A DNA stretch of 64,000 nt, taken from assembly GCF_016433145.1 (NCBI RefSeq), contig NC_058130.1, positions 436,813,811 through 436,877,810 on the forward strand, in the 5' to 3' direction. Every line of letters begins with the position of its first letter. The stretch's first letter is position 1. The DNA comes from Gracilinanus agilis (lineage: Eukaryota). Under the pieces are notes generated by a model. It saw only the letters and a program-made list of their open reading frames with translations. It was not told the DNA's origin and ran no database searches. The position numbers and the translations under genes are program-made. Positions 13,256-26,959 of this stretch are shown here, piece after piece.

Positions 13256-13884
13256 AAGGAGTTTACATTTGATCTTTGAGATAAAAGGGTGCTGCTGGAG
13301 TTTCTCGAGTAGGTGGGTTGAAATGCTTGGACCTTTGCTTTAGGAAAATCATTGACATGTATGTAATAGCTGTGTAAATCTGGGAAACTCCATGTGCCTC
13401 AAGCCACTGATATTAAAATTAGTGGGTAAGTTCTTGGGGACAAAATAGGACACTTTCAGCTGAAGTGCTTTAGCATCATAGAACTCCAGAGAAGGAAGGA
13501 TGGAATGGAAAAAGCATGGTTTTGGAAACAGAATTCTTAGGATCTAGTCATAGATCTGCCCCTAATTAGCAAGATAAATTTCGACCCCTCTTTTTTTAAT
13601 TTCATCATTTATATAACACAGGGTATAGTGGAGTTAAAAATCTTTAGGGCCTGACTCTTCCAACTTTAAGATTTTATAAGTTTATAATTCTAATACAATT
13701 CTCACTCCGATGGCAGGATCTCCTTTAAGGTATCCTTAGGAAGAGGTCATATCTGGATTCTGCTGGAATTTCAAAGAAGATAATTTTAACAAGTGACTAT
13801 ACTAGACTCTTATAGTCACTAGACTATTACTATATCACAGTTTGCTATACAATGAAAGTCAATATAACAACAACATATTTTAAC

Positions 13885-14101
13885 AGCATATGACACCATA
13901 TAGAATGCTGTTCTTAGAGTTAGGAATAGCTGGGTTCAAATTCTACTTCAGACACTAGCTTTATAAGCCTGAAAAAGTAATTTGACCCCTCTAATCCTCA
14001 ATTTTCTTACCTGCCAAATAGGAATAATAATACCTTTGGTACTTACCCCAACAGGGTTCTTGTGATGATCAAATTAAATGACACAAGAAAAGCACATTGC
14101 A
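13885..14101 (+). mobile_element. MIR SINE; 3' end resumes after the gap at about 14515-14540
   Basis: gggttcaaattctacttcagacactagc...aaataggaataataatacct...gatcaaattaaatg. Confidence 0.75.
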
Positions 14102-14281
14102 GGGGGCAACTGGGTAGCTCAGTGGATTGAGAGCCAGGTCTAGAGATGGGAGGTCCTAGGTTCAAATCTGACCTCAGACACTTGCCAGCTGTGTGACCCT
14201 GGGCAAGTCATTTGACCCCCATTGCCTAGCCCTTACCACTCATCTGCCTTGAAACCAATATATAGTATTGATTCCAAGACA
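14102..14281 (+). mobile_element. SINE1_Mdo-type SINE (long-tail variant) running into an assembly gap
   Basis: gggggcaactgggtagctcagtggattgagagcc...ccttgaaaccaata...gtattgattccaagaca. Confidence 0.92.
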
Positions 14282-14514
14282 NNNNNNNNNNNNNNNNNNN
14301 NNNNNNNNNNNNNNNNNNNNNNNNNNNNNNNNNNNNNNNNNNNNNNNNNNNNNNNNNNNNNNNNNNNNNNNNNNNNNNNNNNNNNNNNNNNNNNNNNNNN
14401 NNNNNNNNNNNNNNNNNNNNNNNNNNNNNNNNNNNNNNNNNNNNNNNNNNNNNNNNNNNNNNNNNNNNNNNNNNNNNNNNNNNNNNNNNNNNNNNNNNNN
14501 NNNNNNNNNNNNNN
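14282..14514. other. Assembly gap (233 N)
   Basis: Run of n. Confidence 1.
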
Positions 14515-15278
14515 ATACCTTAAATGCAAATTGTTATGGTGAGTGGGGAGAGTTGGGGAGTGGTGGTAGTGGTTAATAGTTCTATTTTCCCAGTGATTCT
14601 ACATGACTATAAAATGGAAACATTTTGATCTTAGAATAATTTAAAATTTTTTAACCCCAAATGCCTAGTTCTTACAAGTAGGTAGCCCAGAATTACCATT
14701 GAACAATTCTGTGGTTAAAGAGGAATTAAAAAAAAAACATCTATTATCAGAAAATATGTTTCACTTATATTTCAAGAATGAGACACTTTAGAACCCATAA
14801 ATTTTTTAAATGAATGTAAAAATATTTTTCATGTAATTAGGAAATTTAAAAGGAAATAGATAAAATATATTTTTAAAGTACCACAATACTTTTTATATGG
14901 ACCATCACTCATTAAAAATAGTCATTGGAAAGGTTGTAGACCTAGAAAGGAATAAGAGACAACACCTAGAGAACCTTAGAGATACCTTAATATCCTTGAG
15001 ATGCTAAAAAAGAGCAAGAACTCTAGGGTAACTCTTCTTTGGAGACTAATGTAAAATCTGAAAAATAAGAGAAGATGTAAAGGAGATTCAGTTGGAAAAA
15101 CATAGGGAAAATGTTTAAATCACAAAAACTCAATAAAAAGGTAACCTTATATTTGTATCACATATTATATTACAAATTGTCTCATTTTATCCTCAAAATA
15201 AATCTGATGATATACAGAAGGTGATGTTACCTGCATTTTGTAAATAAGATAGAAAGTCATCAGGTGATACCCCTAGTA

Positions 15279-15480
15279 CAATGATGGGCAAACTTTTTAA
15301 AGGGGGGCCAAAGGAAAGGAAATGCTCATCTGTCAGTTTGTTTCTAAGGCAACTCTTTAAAAGTTTCATTGTATTGTCTCCTACTCATTGTATTTGTCAG
15401 ATTAGGAATAATGTCCCACAGTGAATAGAACATTTCAGGGAACCGCATCCTGACCACCAGCCATAGTTTGCCCATCACTG
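15279..15480. mobile_element. hAT MITE, 202 bp, CAGTGATGGGCAAACT TIR
   Basis: caatgatgggcaaact ... agtttgcccatcactg (15/16). Perfect 8-bp TSD ccctagta at 15271-15278 and 15481-15488. Confidence 0.95.
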
Positions 15481-16639
15481 CCCTAGTAGATGGAACCAAC
15501 CTACATTTTTCTGACCTCCAGTTCAGTGCCCTTTTTTAGTGGACCATACTGTTTCCTTTTGAGAGGGCTGGGTAAACTTAAGGGCAACTAAACTTAATTA
15601 TTTTCTATTCAGTTTAGATGATTTAGTTTTGTAATTTAATTATCTTCTCAAGGACTATATAATATTAAAGGGAACCTGACAAATGCAAGGAGAAATGGGA
15701 GAAAGTTAATGTTTAGTATTAATTACACAACTAAAAAAATAGTTTTCTTTATCAAAGACCTCTTTTAAAAGTTCTCATTGTTCATTTTCCCTGTGGTGGA
15801 TATACTGGTGACAGTATATGAATCAAACTAATTGTAACTCTTACTTAGATATGAAAAAAAAATGACATGTGCATTCTTCCAAATTAAGTCTTGCTCATAC
15901 AAATTACTAGTTGCCATTGTAAATCAAACAACATGTGTTCTGAATTCTGACTATTTGAGAATTAGCTTTTGAAGAGGGAAATGAGATACTTTTGTTTGTA
16001 GCTAAATTCAAGTTGACTTTTTGTTTTATCTAAAAATAACATTGTTATAGAATCATGGAACTTGGTGCTCAAAAGGAAAGGCCTTTCTAGATGATCTTTT
16101 ATAACATTCTTGTTTTGCAGGTGAGGAAATCGAGGCATAGAAAGGTAAAATGACTTGACTTGACAAATATTATACTGGTGTAACTGTTGGAATAGCTTCA
16201 TTCAAACCCAGGTCTTTGCTCTCTTAATCCAAAATATTTTCCATTTTACCATACTGCCAAACTGTCATTGATTGAGGGGGTCAGAGGGCCTTAGTAGAAG
16301 TGACAGGTTTTTATTTAGGGAATGCATTGTTGGAGCCCTAGTTACAATTGTAGTAGCTTAAAAGAAACACAAGATATGTAAATTTAGAGACAACTCCTTC
16401 TCAAAAGTTCACATGGACTATTTGTGCTCAATCTATGCTAGAATCTTCTAAACTCACATTGGTCTGATCTGCTACGACTGGACACACTGTATGTTGACCC
16501 TGACATAGTGATATAATTTTGGTCCTCTTTGAGTATGAAGGACAACAGCCAATCAACCAACTACAGAGAAGATTCATTTCAGATACGTCAGACTAGAAAG
16601 CTTCCAGGTCCCTTATACACTAAAAATTCTATAATGACA

Positions 16640-16850
16640 CAAATAGAGAGTTGACCTTAGACTCAGGAAGAATTTGGGTTCAAATCTTGCCTTAGATACA
16701 TACTAGCCATTTTTCATGAGCAAATCACCTTAGTTCCCTAAGTATCTCTATAAGACTGAAAAGTTATGGAGAAGTTATTAGATTACATTTGTAGAGGGAG
16801 TTCTCATACAAAGAGTTCCTTAGAGTAATCAAATCACAGGTCTGTTTTCT
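16640..16850 (+). mobile_element. Marsupial core SINE (Mar3-like); related copy at about 18160-18390
   Basis: Core head plus a shared tail (gggagtt...gagttcct...aatcacaggtc here, ggggatttcttatacc...cacaggtccagtcc in the other copy). Family name recalled, uncertain. Confidence 0.5.
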
Positions 16851-16879
16851 CTCTGCTCCTTAAATTAGTAAACATCAGC

Positions 16880-18020
16880 AAGAAAATTATTTAATCTAAT
16901 GCCTTTCAATTCACCATATGCCAATCATGTGTAAAGTAGTATGATGAGGACTAAAACAGGTATCAAGATAAATAAGATATATTTCCTGCCCTCAATAAAT
17001 TTAGAATCTAGTAGGAGATAGGAAGCATGGGCACAGATAGTTATAAAGCAAAATAGAATAGATGTGAGGGAAATGCAAATGGTATGAGAGTGCTGAAGGA
17101 GAGATCAATGACTTGTGGGGGGTATGGAATGAGGAGGATGTGTAAAGAAAGGCTACCAGTAAGATCCTTTTGACCTGGACCTTGAAAAGTAATTAGGGTT
17201 TTAAAGGACAAATTTAAGGGCATCAGTTGATGAATTTTAGGCATATGAACTTCACTGAGCAAATGTACAAAGTCAGGAAAGCATTGGGAATATTAAATTC
17301 AGTTTAGCTAAACTGTAACTAACATGAAGAAGAAGCCAGAAGTGTTGATGCTCAGGACAATTCAGTTTTAAAGGGGATACCCTGAAACAGCACCTGACAG
17401 GTTTGACAGTTAGGGGCAATCACAAAGGAGCTTGCCTTGGGGCCTGCTGTGGTGTTGAGGATGTACCTCCTCTTTTAATCAAGTGTTATTATTCACTTAG
17501 TGCTAAACTCAAATGTTTTTGTTCTAAAAAAGAACACAAATGTTGTCATTGCCCTTTCCATTTCAGCACCCTGGGGCACAGTGTCTTGTGTTCTTCATTA
17601 GGGCTTCAAGTATACTGTGAAATAAGCTCCTAAAGATTGAACCAAACTAGATTAGGTAGAACCATGAACATGAGGCTAAGAAATTTAGATTTTATTTTGG
17701 AGTCAAAGAAGTGTCATTTAAACTTTTGGAGCAGTACACATATGACCATATTTATACACTGACACAAGCAAGCAGTTCATCAATGCAAAAAAAAAAAATA
17801 GAATGGCTGGAGGAGGGAAGATAGGTTAAGAGCTTGTTACAATAGGCCAGGAAGAAGGCAATGGATGCCTGAATTAGGTAGATGGTAGTTGAAATGGAAG
17901 GGAGAAGATAGAACCAAGACAAAAAGGAAGTAGAATTGACAGAGTTTTTTGACTGATTGAAACCTTCAGGATTAAGGAGAAGTCAAAGATAAGTCCAAGA
18001 TTTCCAGTATAGATAATGGA
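16880..18020 (-). mobile_element. L2 remnant fragments
   Basis: Reverse L2 terminal text (aatcatgtgtaaagtagtatg...cctgccctcaa) and downstream purine-rich segments, interrupted at about 17340-17640. Confidence 0.5.
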
Positions 18021-20429
18021 ATGATCAAGCAATGAGAAAATATTGTAATAGCAAATAGCATATATTAGATAAAGGAAGAAACTTGTGTTTCTGCTATGTC
18101 TTCTTTACTCAGTGATGGATCTACTGATAGTTATACAATTCTTTTAAGTGTAGCTATAGAGACCCAGGCATAGTAGATAAAAAATATGACCTTAGATCCA
18201 AGAAGACCTGGATTCAAGTCCCTCTTCAGTATCTACTGACTTTGACCAAATCACCTAACCTCTCAATGATCTGGGCCACTCTGTATAATAATACATTGCA
18301 AAGAAAGTGCCAACCAATATTTGCAAAAGGAATTTCTTTATAGGGGGATTTCTTATACCAGTGATACACAGGTCCAGTCCCCATCCCAATCTTTATAAAT
18401 GAAGATGCAAATGATAGAGAGGCAATATTGAATGTGTGTTGGAATGAGCTCTATATCAGAAGTGAGATGACAAATCCTGGCTCTACCATTTACTACCCTT
18501 ATAACCTTTTGTAAGTCACCAAAAAACTCATCCCTTATCTTTCTCATTTATAAAATGAGGGGATTGGATAAGGTAATCCCTTCCAGATCTACACAACCTA
18601 TGCAGGTTGTGACAGCAATCAATCTGTATACTTCTACTCCTTTACTTTGCAGTCTGAAAAACAGTAATTCTCCAAATGAGCTATCTCCAGCTTTAATTGC
18701 TATAAGACAATTTGGTTTTGATTAGGTGGCATTTAGTTCTGCATTACATCTATGATTCCTTGATTGATTAAGCATCTTAATGTAGAAAGAATACAGTGAA
18801 GAAAATAATCTGTAGCCAGTATACTATTGTAAGAAGACAAAGGGACTGGGAGTAAGGAACTCTGGATCCTATTCTGAGCTCCATAACTCTCTAAGTGTGA
18901 AACTGGGCAAGTCATGTAACCTCTTGGTTATTTACTTTCCTTGACTATAAAATGAATGGGATGGCCTAGATAATTTCTATCATCATTCCAGCTCCAAAAT
19001 TTTGTGACTCTTCAAGTGTGACCTTTCATAATGAAAATCATCTTTGCAAAGGCATCATCAATCAGAGAGACTAGAAAAGAACTCCAACTAAGGAGAAATT
19101 TACAAGGAATTTAGGAAGAGAGAAAAAGTCTACTAGGAGCTGTAGAGTAACTTTATGTGCATGTTTTCCTTAAGATTTGTCTTACTATCTTTATACTTTA
19201 AGTATGAGCCCACTTTCTCCAGGGACTTTTGTATGCAAGGGTAGAATTGACCCTAGTGTGCAGAAATATTTTGTACTAACTGTTCATATTATAACAGTTT
19301 AGTTAATGACACTTTCTAAATATGTAATATAATCTGAATGGTCGCTTTTCCATGAGCACAGAGCTCGGGCATTGTGTCTAATAGTACTAGAATTCAGGAC
19401 CCTCAGAGTTACTCCTAAAACCTTGAAAATAGTAGAAACCAAGAATCTTGGGACCTGACCTGCTAGGTATGTATGTGAATTAACCCCAGAAGGGCAGTGA
19501 CACATAAATGAACTCTCAGATTGTTAGATTGGATAATAGTAGAAAACAGCATGGATTAAAAAGGATGGAATCAGATTATGGAAGCTTTGAAAGCTAGTAA
19601 GAAGAGTTTTCATTTTATGTCATAAGCAGCAGGGAGCCACTGTAAATTCTTGAGCATGGAAATGACATAATAACAGTCATTATAATCGATGAATATGTAC
19701 TAAATATGATAGTTTGACCAATTAGAGAACACTCAGCAGCAATTGAAATAACTTTTGAATGCAATGTTAAAGTCACTGAACACATGTCTATGGTCATCAT
19801 CTCTTTTTTAAAAATTTCAAAGCTGAGACATTTGGCTGATGGAATCTTTGCTTTAATACTAATGAATTAATTATAAGCTACTATTTTTGAGCTGAGCAAG
19901 GATCATTAATGCCATGTAGTGAAGCAGACTTTTTTTTTTCAAAATAACACTGTTAAAAACAGGTATTTCTGCCTCTATCATAAACACTGAGTAAATTTCA
20001 TTCTGGGTAGCATTAACCCTGTCTTTTGGCTACAGAGAAATGTTTTCAGTAAAATCAATGAAATGAGAACAAAATGTTCCCATTCCTATGCATAGATCAC
20101 TCAGCAATATTCCAGGAAGAGTACTAAAAAAGTCATTTAATTAATTTCATTTCTTCCACCAATAACTGTTCATTTGAAGTAAAATTGTCAACTACAGCCA
20201 ATTTTAACCTCATTTTAATTTTCTGGAGAAAATAATTTAAGTTAATTTGTGTTAATATTTGAAAATATGGCAATCTGTGTCAGAAATATACTTTGATTCT
20301 TAAGTAATTAACAGGGACCTACAATGAAGAATCTTTAAAACCAGCTTAAAATATACTGAGTGCAATTAATTATGTCAATCTCATAATGCACATTATTGTA
20401 CTAACCTTTTCTTTCTTATGACTCTTTGT

Positions 20430-20595
20430 CTTAAAAAATATCTTATTTTCTGTCTTAGTACCAATTCTAAGACAGAAGAGTGGCAAGGACTAGGCAACTG
20501 GAATTAAGTGACTTGCCCAGGGTCACATAGCTAGGAAGTATCTGAGGCCAGATTTCAACCCAAGTCCTCCCAACTCCTTGCCTAACACTTTATCC
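20430..20595 (-). mobile_element. Older SINE1-related opossum SINE
   Basis: ttctgtcttag...agaagagtggcaaggactaggcaa...gtgacttgcccagggtcac...cctagctgtcc. Confidence 0.8.
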
Positions 20596-20759
20596 ACTGT
20601 GCTACCTAGCTGTCCTGAATGTTGATTATCTTAAGAAATACCAAGAAATGAACTAAAAATGCAAGTTTCAAAGGGAAACACTGGAAACCCCAGCATCCAT
20701 TAACCAACCTACATGTACAAGCCCATATTGAAAGGGCAGGTGTATTCTAGTATAGAACA

Positions 20760-21960
20760 TTATGAAGTATAGCAGGCCAAAGTTGTTCCTGGTTTGAAAA
20801 TATCTTACAGGAAAAGGAGGAAATTTAACAAAAAAGCACTAGAACTCAGAGAGGTTAGGAAAGGCTTCCTGGAAAAGTTGGGATTTTTGCTGGAAGTTAA
20901 AGAAAATCAAGGAGGTCAATAGCATAGTAGGGAGAATGTTATAGAGAGCTAGAGAAAATGCCTGGAATGTTTTGTTCATGGAACAGAAGGTCAGTATCAT
21001 TGGAGAGAAGAATGCACATTGGAAACTAAAGTGTAAGAAGATTGGAAAGATAGAAAGAGCTTCTTCTGAATAACTTTGAAGGCTAAAGAGTACTTTATAT
21101 CTACTACTGAAGGCAATAGATCACTGGAGATTATTGACTATGGAGATTGATTTCATTAGATCCATATTTTAGGAAAATCAATTTAGTGCCCATATGGAGA
21201 ATGGATTGGAGTGGGGAAAGACTTGAGGTAGGCACATCTACGAATAAGCTTTTACAATAAACAAGGTACAAAGTGTTGAGGAAGAGCCCACACTAGAGTA
21301 GTGACAGTGACAGAGAAGAGAAAAGGGTATATTCAAAAGATTAAAATGACAGGCCTTGGAAACAGCATGGATTTAGGGGGAGAAACTTAGTGAGTAATCC
21401 AGGATGACTTGTAGGTTGTGAGCCTAGGAGGATAATAGAGAAGGTGGAGGGAGGTGGACTTCAGTGGGAAAGATAATGAGTTATTTTGAACATATTGAAA
21501 ATATTGAACATGTTTTGAACATATTGTCTAATAGAAAGACAGTTGAAACTGCTAGATTCGAGGTTAACATCCAGAATTGGCAGAAAAAGCAGATTTGAGA
21601 ATAATCAGCCTAGAGATAGAAATTAAATTCATGAGCTAATGACATCATCTAATGAAGAAGTATAGAGAAAATAGAGAAGTCCCAAGACAGAGTCCTGAGG
21701 AAGACCTACAATTAGAGGGTATGATCTGGAGAAAAATGGAAAGGGAATGGCTAGAGGACAACTGGGTAGCTCAGTGAATTGAGAGCCAGACAGAGACTGG
21801 AGGCTCTGTGATCAAATCTGACCTCAAACACTTCCTAGATGTGTGACCCTGCAGAATCAATACTGCTTATTGATTGAAATAATTGATTTGATTGACTGAA
21901 AAAAGATAAGGGTTTAAAAAGAAATGGAATGGTTAGAGAGAGACAGGAGGAAAGCCAGGA
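20760..21960 (-). mobile_element. L2 remnant with a partial SINE1 (+) nested at about 21752-21875
   Basis: Reverse L2 motifs (aggaaaggcttcct..., ttttaggaaaatc, gatgacttgtaggttgtgagccta). Confidence 0.65.
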
Positions 21961-24900
21961 ATCAAATTAATCTACTGCAGATCCAAAGAATCTATGGTCT
22001 AGCTAATTCTACACTTCCTAAAACTTTCCCAAGTTTGGCCTGAAACAAGCTGTTATCTTGGAGTAGGTGAGGCAAGATGCTGTAATAACAGTTCACTGGG
22101 TGAGATCTGATTCTTGGTCTGACACCAGTTTTAAACAAGACATTTAGCCTGTTTTCTTTTAAAATGATTATTTTGGAAATGTGTTTTTTTAATACTCACA
22201 ACACACTGAGAATTATTCTCAAAATAATTTTTAAAATAATAAATAATAAAATAAAAATAAAATAAAATAAAAAATAAAGTTTAGACTGTATATGTACCTT
22301 CAAATGTTCTAGTTAGCCAATTCTTTCCCTCAAAAATGTGGCTGTCATTCTAATGCATTGACCACTCATTATGCACAGACACTAATCCCTTGCTGATCTC
22401 AGTGACTCTTTCTCTGGCTGCAACTGTGCCCTATTTTCATTTTGGCAGCATTATATGGAAGTTAGTTATTTTATCTTCCGTTCCTCAGCACTGGTATCCA
22501 GGCTGTCACCATTTTAGCAGTCAGTATAATTAGAAGTCAGCTGCATGAAGAGTACATTTTCACGTAATTTACATGAGTGAAGTGAAATAGTGACTCTATG
22601 GCATCAGGAATTAGAACAACACTTTGCTCTTTCAAGTAATTAATGTCAAAATTCTGGAGCACTTTTAAATTACAAACAGCAAATTACAAATTCCAAAACA
22701 AGAGACTATCCAGATACATGACCCACTTACCCAAATACCTCATTATCAATCTGAAACCTCAAGTCGTACAAAATCTGAGACATTGAGGAAATTGAAAGCT
22801 TTTGGTAAAATCAATATCTTCCCCATCCCACCTGCAAAAAAAGCAGATTTTTGAAAAATCTAACAGCCCTTAAATTACAAAATCAAATAACACAATTTCT
22901 CAAAAAAACCCTTTTAATATCTCTTTTTTAATGAAGAAAACAATACCTTGAGTATGTATATTCATCCAAACAACCCACATTAATTACTGGGGAAATACCT
23001 GGAAACTTTTTTATAGTGTAGGTCTTTAAACAATTTGTGAAATGCCACTATTCCAAAATATGAGTCTCATCATTGTCATTTCCGGTCAAGAAAAGTACTG
23101 GATTAAAGTAGATGAGTTTAAATACAATCTCTGTTATTAACTCCTTACCCGTGTGTCATTCAACTCATAACTTAACCCGTGTCTCTTTTCTCTTGTCTGC
23201 CAAATGAGGGAATTTGGATTAGATAAACTCGCAGTTCCTTTTTAGCTCTAAACATGTGATAGTGTGATCTACAGTCTTAGTCCCCAATTCTTTTCTGTAG
23301 TAGAATTATGCACTAATCTCCACCTCAACTGCCTCATCCATTTCAGCCAGAGACACAGAATTCCTCACTTGAATTGTCAAGGTTCATTTAAACTTGCACT
23401 ATTACTAATCTTTTTCATAGTAAAATTTGAATGTGAAACCCAAGACTGAATCATTTAAAAATCTTTCACTATACAAGCTCCCAGCTCTTAATCATCGCTG
23501 GGGAAATTACCAAGTAGCTAACATTTATATACTGCTTAAGGTTTACAAAGAGCTTTACATATGCTATCTCATTTCATAAAATAGAGCCCCTGACACTGAA
23601 TGACAATATTGCTTTAAGATCATTTTTGTTGGGCTTCTCTCAGCAAACCTGTCAAGGGCTGGGATAGGAGGGGAAGTTACCTTTCAAATAACCGGAAAAA
23701 ATCTTCAGTCTGATTCCTGGGAACATATTTCTATGGAAGAGAAAGCCTAAATACTGTGCTGCCTCTTTTGAGGTCACAAGATGTAATCTTGTACAAAAGA
23801 GAGATGCATGTTATCGAGAGACCCCAACAACCTTTCACAACCCAGGAAACTGCAGCATGAGAGAATGTATGTGTGGAAGGGGCAAGTTCATGACTTCTAA
23901 TGGAAGGAAATTTTTAGTTCAAGTTATTTTTAATGAAGTCCTTGGAAAATGAGTTCTTAATACAGTTTTTTAACAGTGGGATCTTTATTACACAACTGAC
24001 TCCTTCTTGTACCTTACACTAAGAGGAATTTGACATTTTTAAGTTAGCCTAAATAAAAGTAGTGTTGCCAGTCCTTTTTAATTCTTCTTTCCTCCACAGA
24101 ATGATTTTTGTTCTGTAGAAATGGTTAATAAATCTCTTGTGGGCTATATTATTATCCAAGCAACCAAGTTGGATTTTATTTGTTTCCTTTTCCTCCCATG
24201 CAGGCCTCATACTTAAGGAAATATTGTTATAATGTGTTTCTTCAAGGTATAAGGGAAGAGATTTGTAAGGGCAGTCCATTGGTGTGCTGATAAGCAAAGA
24301 TCTGAACATCTTTTCACTGAAAAGGGAGACTTTAGTCTGTTGTTCCTTTATACATTTACAAGGAAAAAAAATTAAAGACTAGTCATTCAAGAATTCAAGA
24401 TTATGTTCTTATGAGAAACACTTAAGGGTCTTTTATCAAAGGATATTTTCTGTTTATGCTTACAAATAACAAGTTAGATCTTATCAATGGCTTCTCATTT
24501 GTGTTTCATTTTCATACTAAAGGGGTAAAGATTATATCCTAAACATTTCTTAGTGTCTGATCTGGAGAGACCTCTCTGGACCTCAATTTGTCTATCTGTA
24601 AAAACTGAGCTACATAATATCAAATTTCTTTTCACACCCCCCCCATTCCATGTAATGTATCCTGTAAACTAGATTACCTTTGAAGCAAAGTCTCATGAGT
24701 GATGATTAGAGATTTGTTGAAAAGAGAAACAAAAAATATTGAATTAGGAATATGAAAACCTCTTAAATAGTCAAATAAAATGAGCACAGTACTGATGACC
24801 TACCTTTTATAATGAATTACATTTTTCTAGCAAGAAAAAATGCATCGAAGTATGGGAATAATTCTGATACCGTTGAGTCAATTTAATGACAAGTGGATTT

Positions 24901-25435
24901 ACCAAATAGTCCCCTCAGGGAATATGTCCAAAGTTTTTTTTTTTGTTTTTTTGTTTTTTTGTTTTTTTTTTTTTTTTTGCTGAAAAATACTATGACCTGA
25001 ATTCCAAATGTGAATGTCACATCCCTTTTGTTAAGAATATAAATCAGTTGACTGCTTTCAGATAATTTGGCAGAGTACACAGCTACATTAGTAAAAATCT
25101 AAAATATTCATGACAGTATTAACCTTGTCAGACTGCTAATTTAGTCGAAATGTCTTGTGTGTACCATAATATTATGCTATTCATTTGAAGCATAGCACTT
25201 CCAAGGGGGAAAAATAGCCCCGAAAGTTACAAGGCAACCCCACTTGTGATGGTACCCTAAATTCTCCCAATTTATAGTCTGGGGTGTTTACAATGCTGAA
25301 TAGTCACTGGATGCTTTGCAACCTCAAATAATCACTGTAGCAGGCCAGGAGTATTGAAGACCTACAGAAGACACAGTTCAGAGCTGATAACCTCTCTGGC
25401 TGACACCTCATATTTTAACTATTAAGAAATTAAGG

Positions 25436-25618
25436 GAGGTAGTTGGGTAGCTTAGTGGATTGAGAGTCAGGCCTAGAGAGGGGAGGTCCTAGGTTCAAAT
25501 CTGGCCTCAGACACTTCCCAGCTGTGTGACCCTGGGCAAGTCACTTGACCCCCATTGCCCAACCTTACCACTCTTCCACCAAGGAGCCAATACACAGTAG
25601 TTTAGGGTTTTAAAAAAA
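25436..25618 (+). mobile_element. SINE1_Mdo-type SINE (short-tail variant)
   Basis: 12-bp TSD aagaaattaagg at 25424-25435 and 25619-25630; A tail; TT|AAGA target site. Confidence 0.93.
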
Positions 25619-26959
25619 AAGAAATTAAGGAATAACTTATATAATATCTTATTTTTAAATAAACAATTTTACTTCCATTTTATCATTACCGTTCTCTTTT
25701 TTAAATGACTCCATTAATATAGGGTACTTCCAGTGAAAATGCTCCCTCTATCAATTTAGCTCAGCATTTATTCTGCAATTTGCAATCTTGGATAGTTGCC
25801 TGGGCACTAATAAATTAAGGGATTTCCCAATGTCATGCAGCCAATACATTTTAGAGGTAGGACATGACCCCAGGTATTCCTGATGCCAAGACTTGCTCTG
25901 GAACCATTTGGTCATGCTGCCTCTGTCATTGTTATGATAGGTGATAGTTTTATAGCCCTTAATAGTCACCAAAAATTTTTACAAAATGTTTATAAAACAC
26001 ATACATTTTCTAATTTGATCTCTTAAAAGGAAAAACAAAACTCTAAGAGGAAGGAACACCATGAACATGGCCTCCATTTTCAAATGAAGAAACTAAGTCA
26101 CATGGATATTTAATGATATGGATTTGGATCAAGCTCTTGGCATGATCAACAGACCTGACAGGCAGGCAGGCTGATCCAGAAATTAGCCACTAGCTCAGTA
26201 AAGAACTTGGGAGTTCATCCCCAGAAAATTGAGAGGGCAAGAGGAATTTTGAAGTGAAAATTTCCTGAAAATGCACAAAATACACAATAATTGTGGCATT
26301 GCCAGTGCCAAGATAGAGTTATATATGCACAAAGGACCAATCAGTTACTCGAGAGAAGGGCTGGAGAGATATCTCTCTACTCTCCAGATTAGGAAGAAAC
26401 TGAGTTTCTTTTGAAATAAATAAAGAGCCTCAAAAGGAAAAAAAAAGGCAGAGGATCATAACTACTATTAGGTGGCTAAAGAATAAAAGAAAATGACATA
26501 GAAGCCAGGTAGGAGGATCCCTAGATCTTTAGACAGGATTTGTAAAAGATACACTCATAATGGCTGGAGTTGGACCCTATGAGGCTTCACATGTTCCAGA
26601 GATTGCCTGTGAACATGTAAATGTCCCATTATGAGAAAATGCATCCCATACTTATGAGAAGAGATGATGATGGTGGTGGTAATGGTGGTACTGGTGGGTT
26701 CAGCCATATACTATTTTATACCACAAGTTTTACAAGTTCTTTGGCTATACTATCTTACTTATTCCTCAGAAAAATATTGCGAGATAGTTATTATTATCCC
26801 TGTTTTAAGATGATGAAACTAAGGCTAAAATAGCTCAAATTATTTGGTTAGTTTACACCAGTAGAGAGTACCTGAATCAGAATTCAGACTCAAACCTATC
26901 TGACTCCCTAGTCTCACACTTGATTGAGTATGACACTGGAGCTTCCAAACTGTCTTCTT

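Noticed and set aside
21480-21530. Short ttgaacat repeats (similar ones at 27480-27530 and 39870-39910)
   Set aside because: Local slippage duplications inside old repeats; too short to suggest function.
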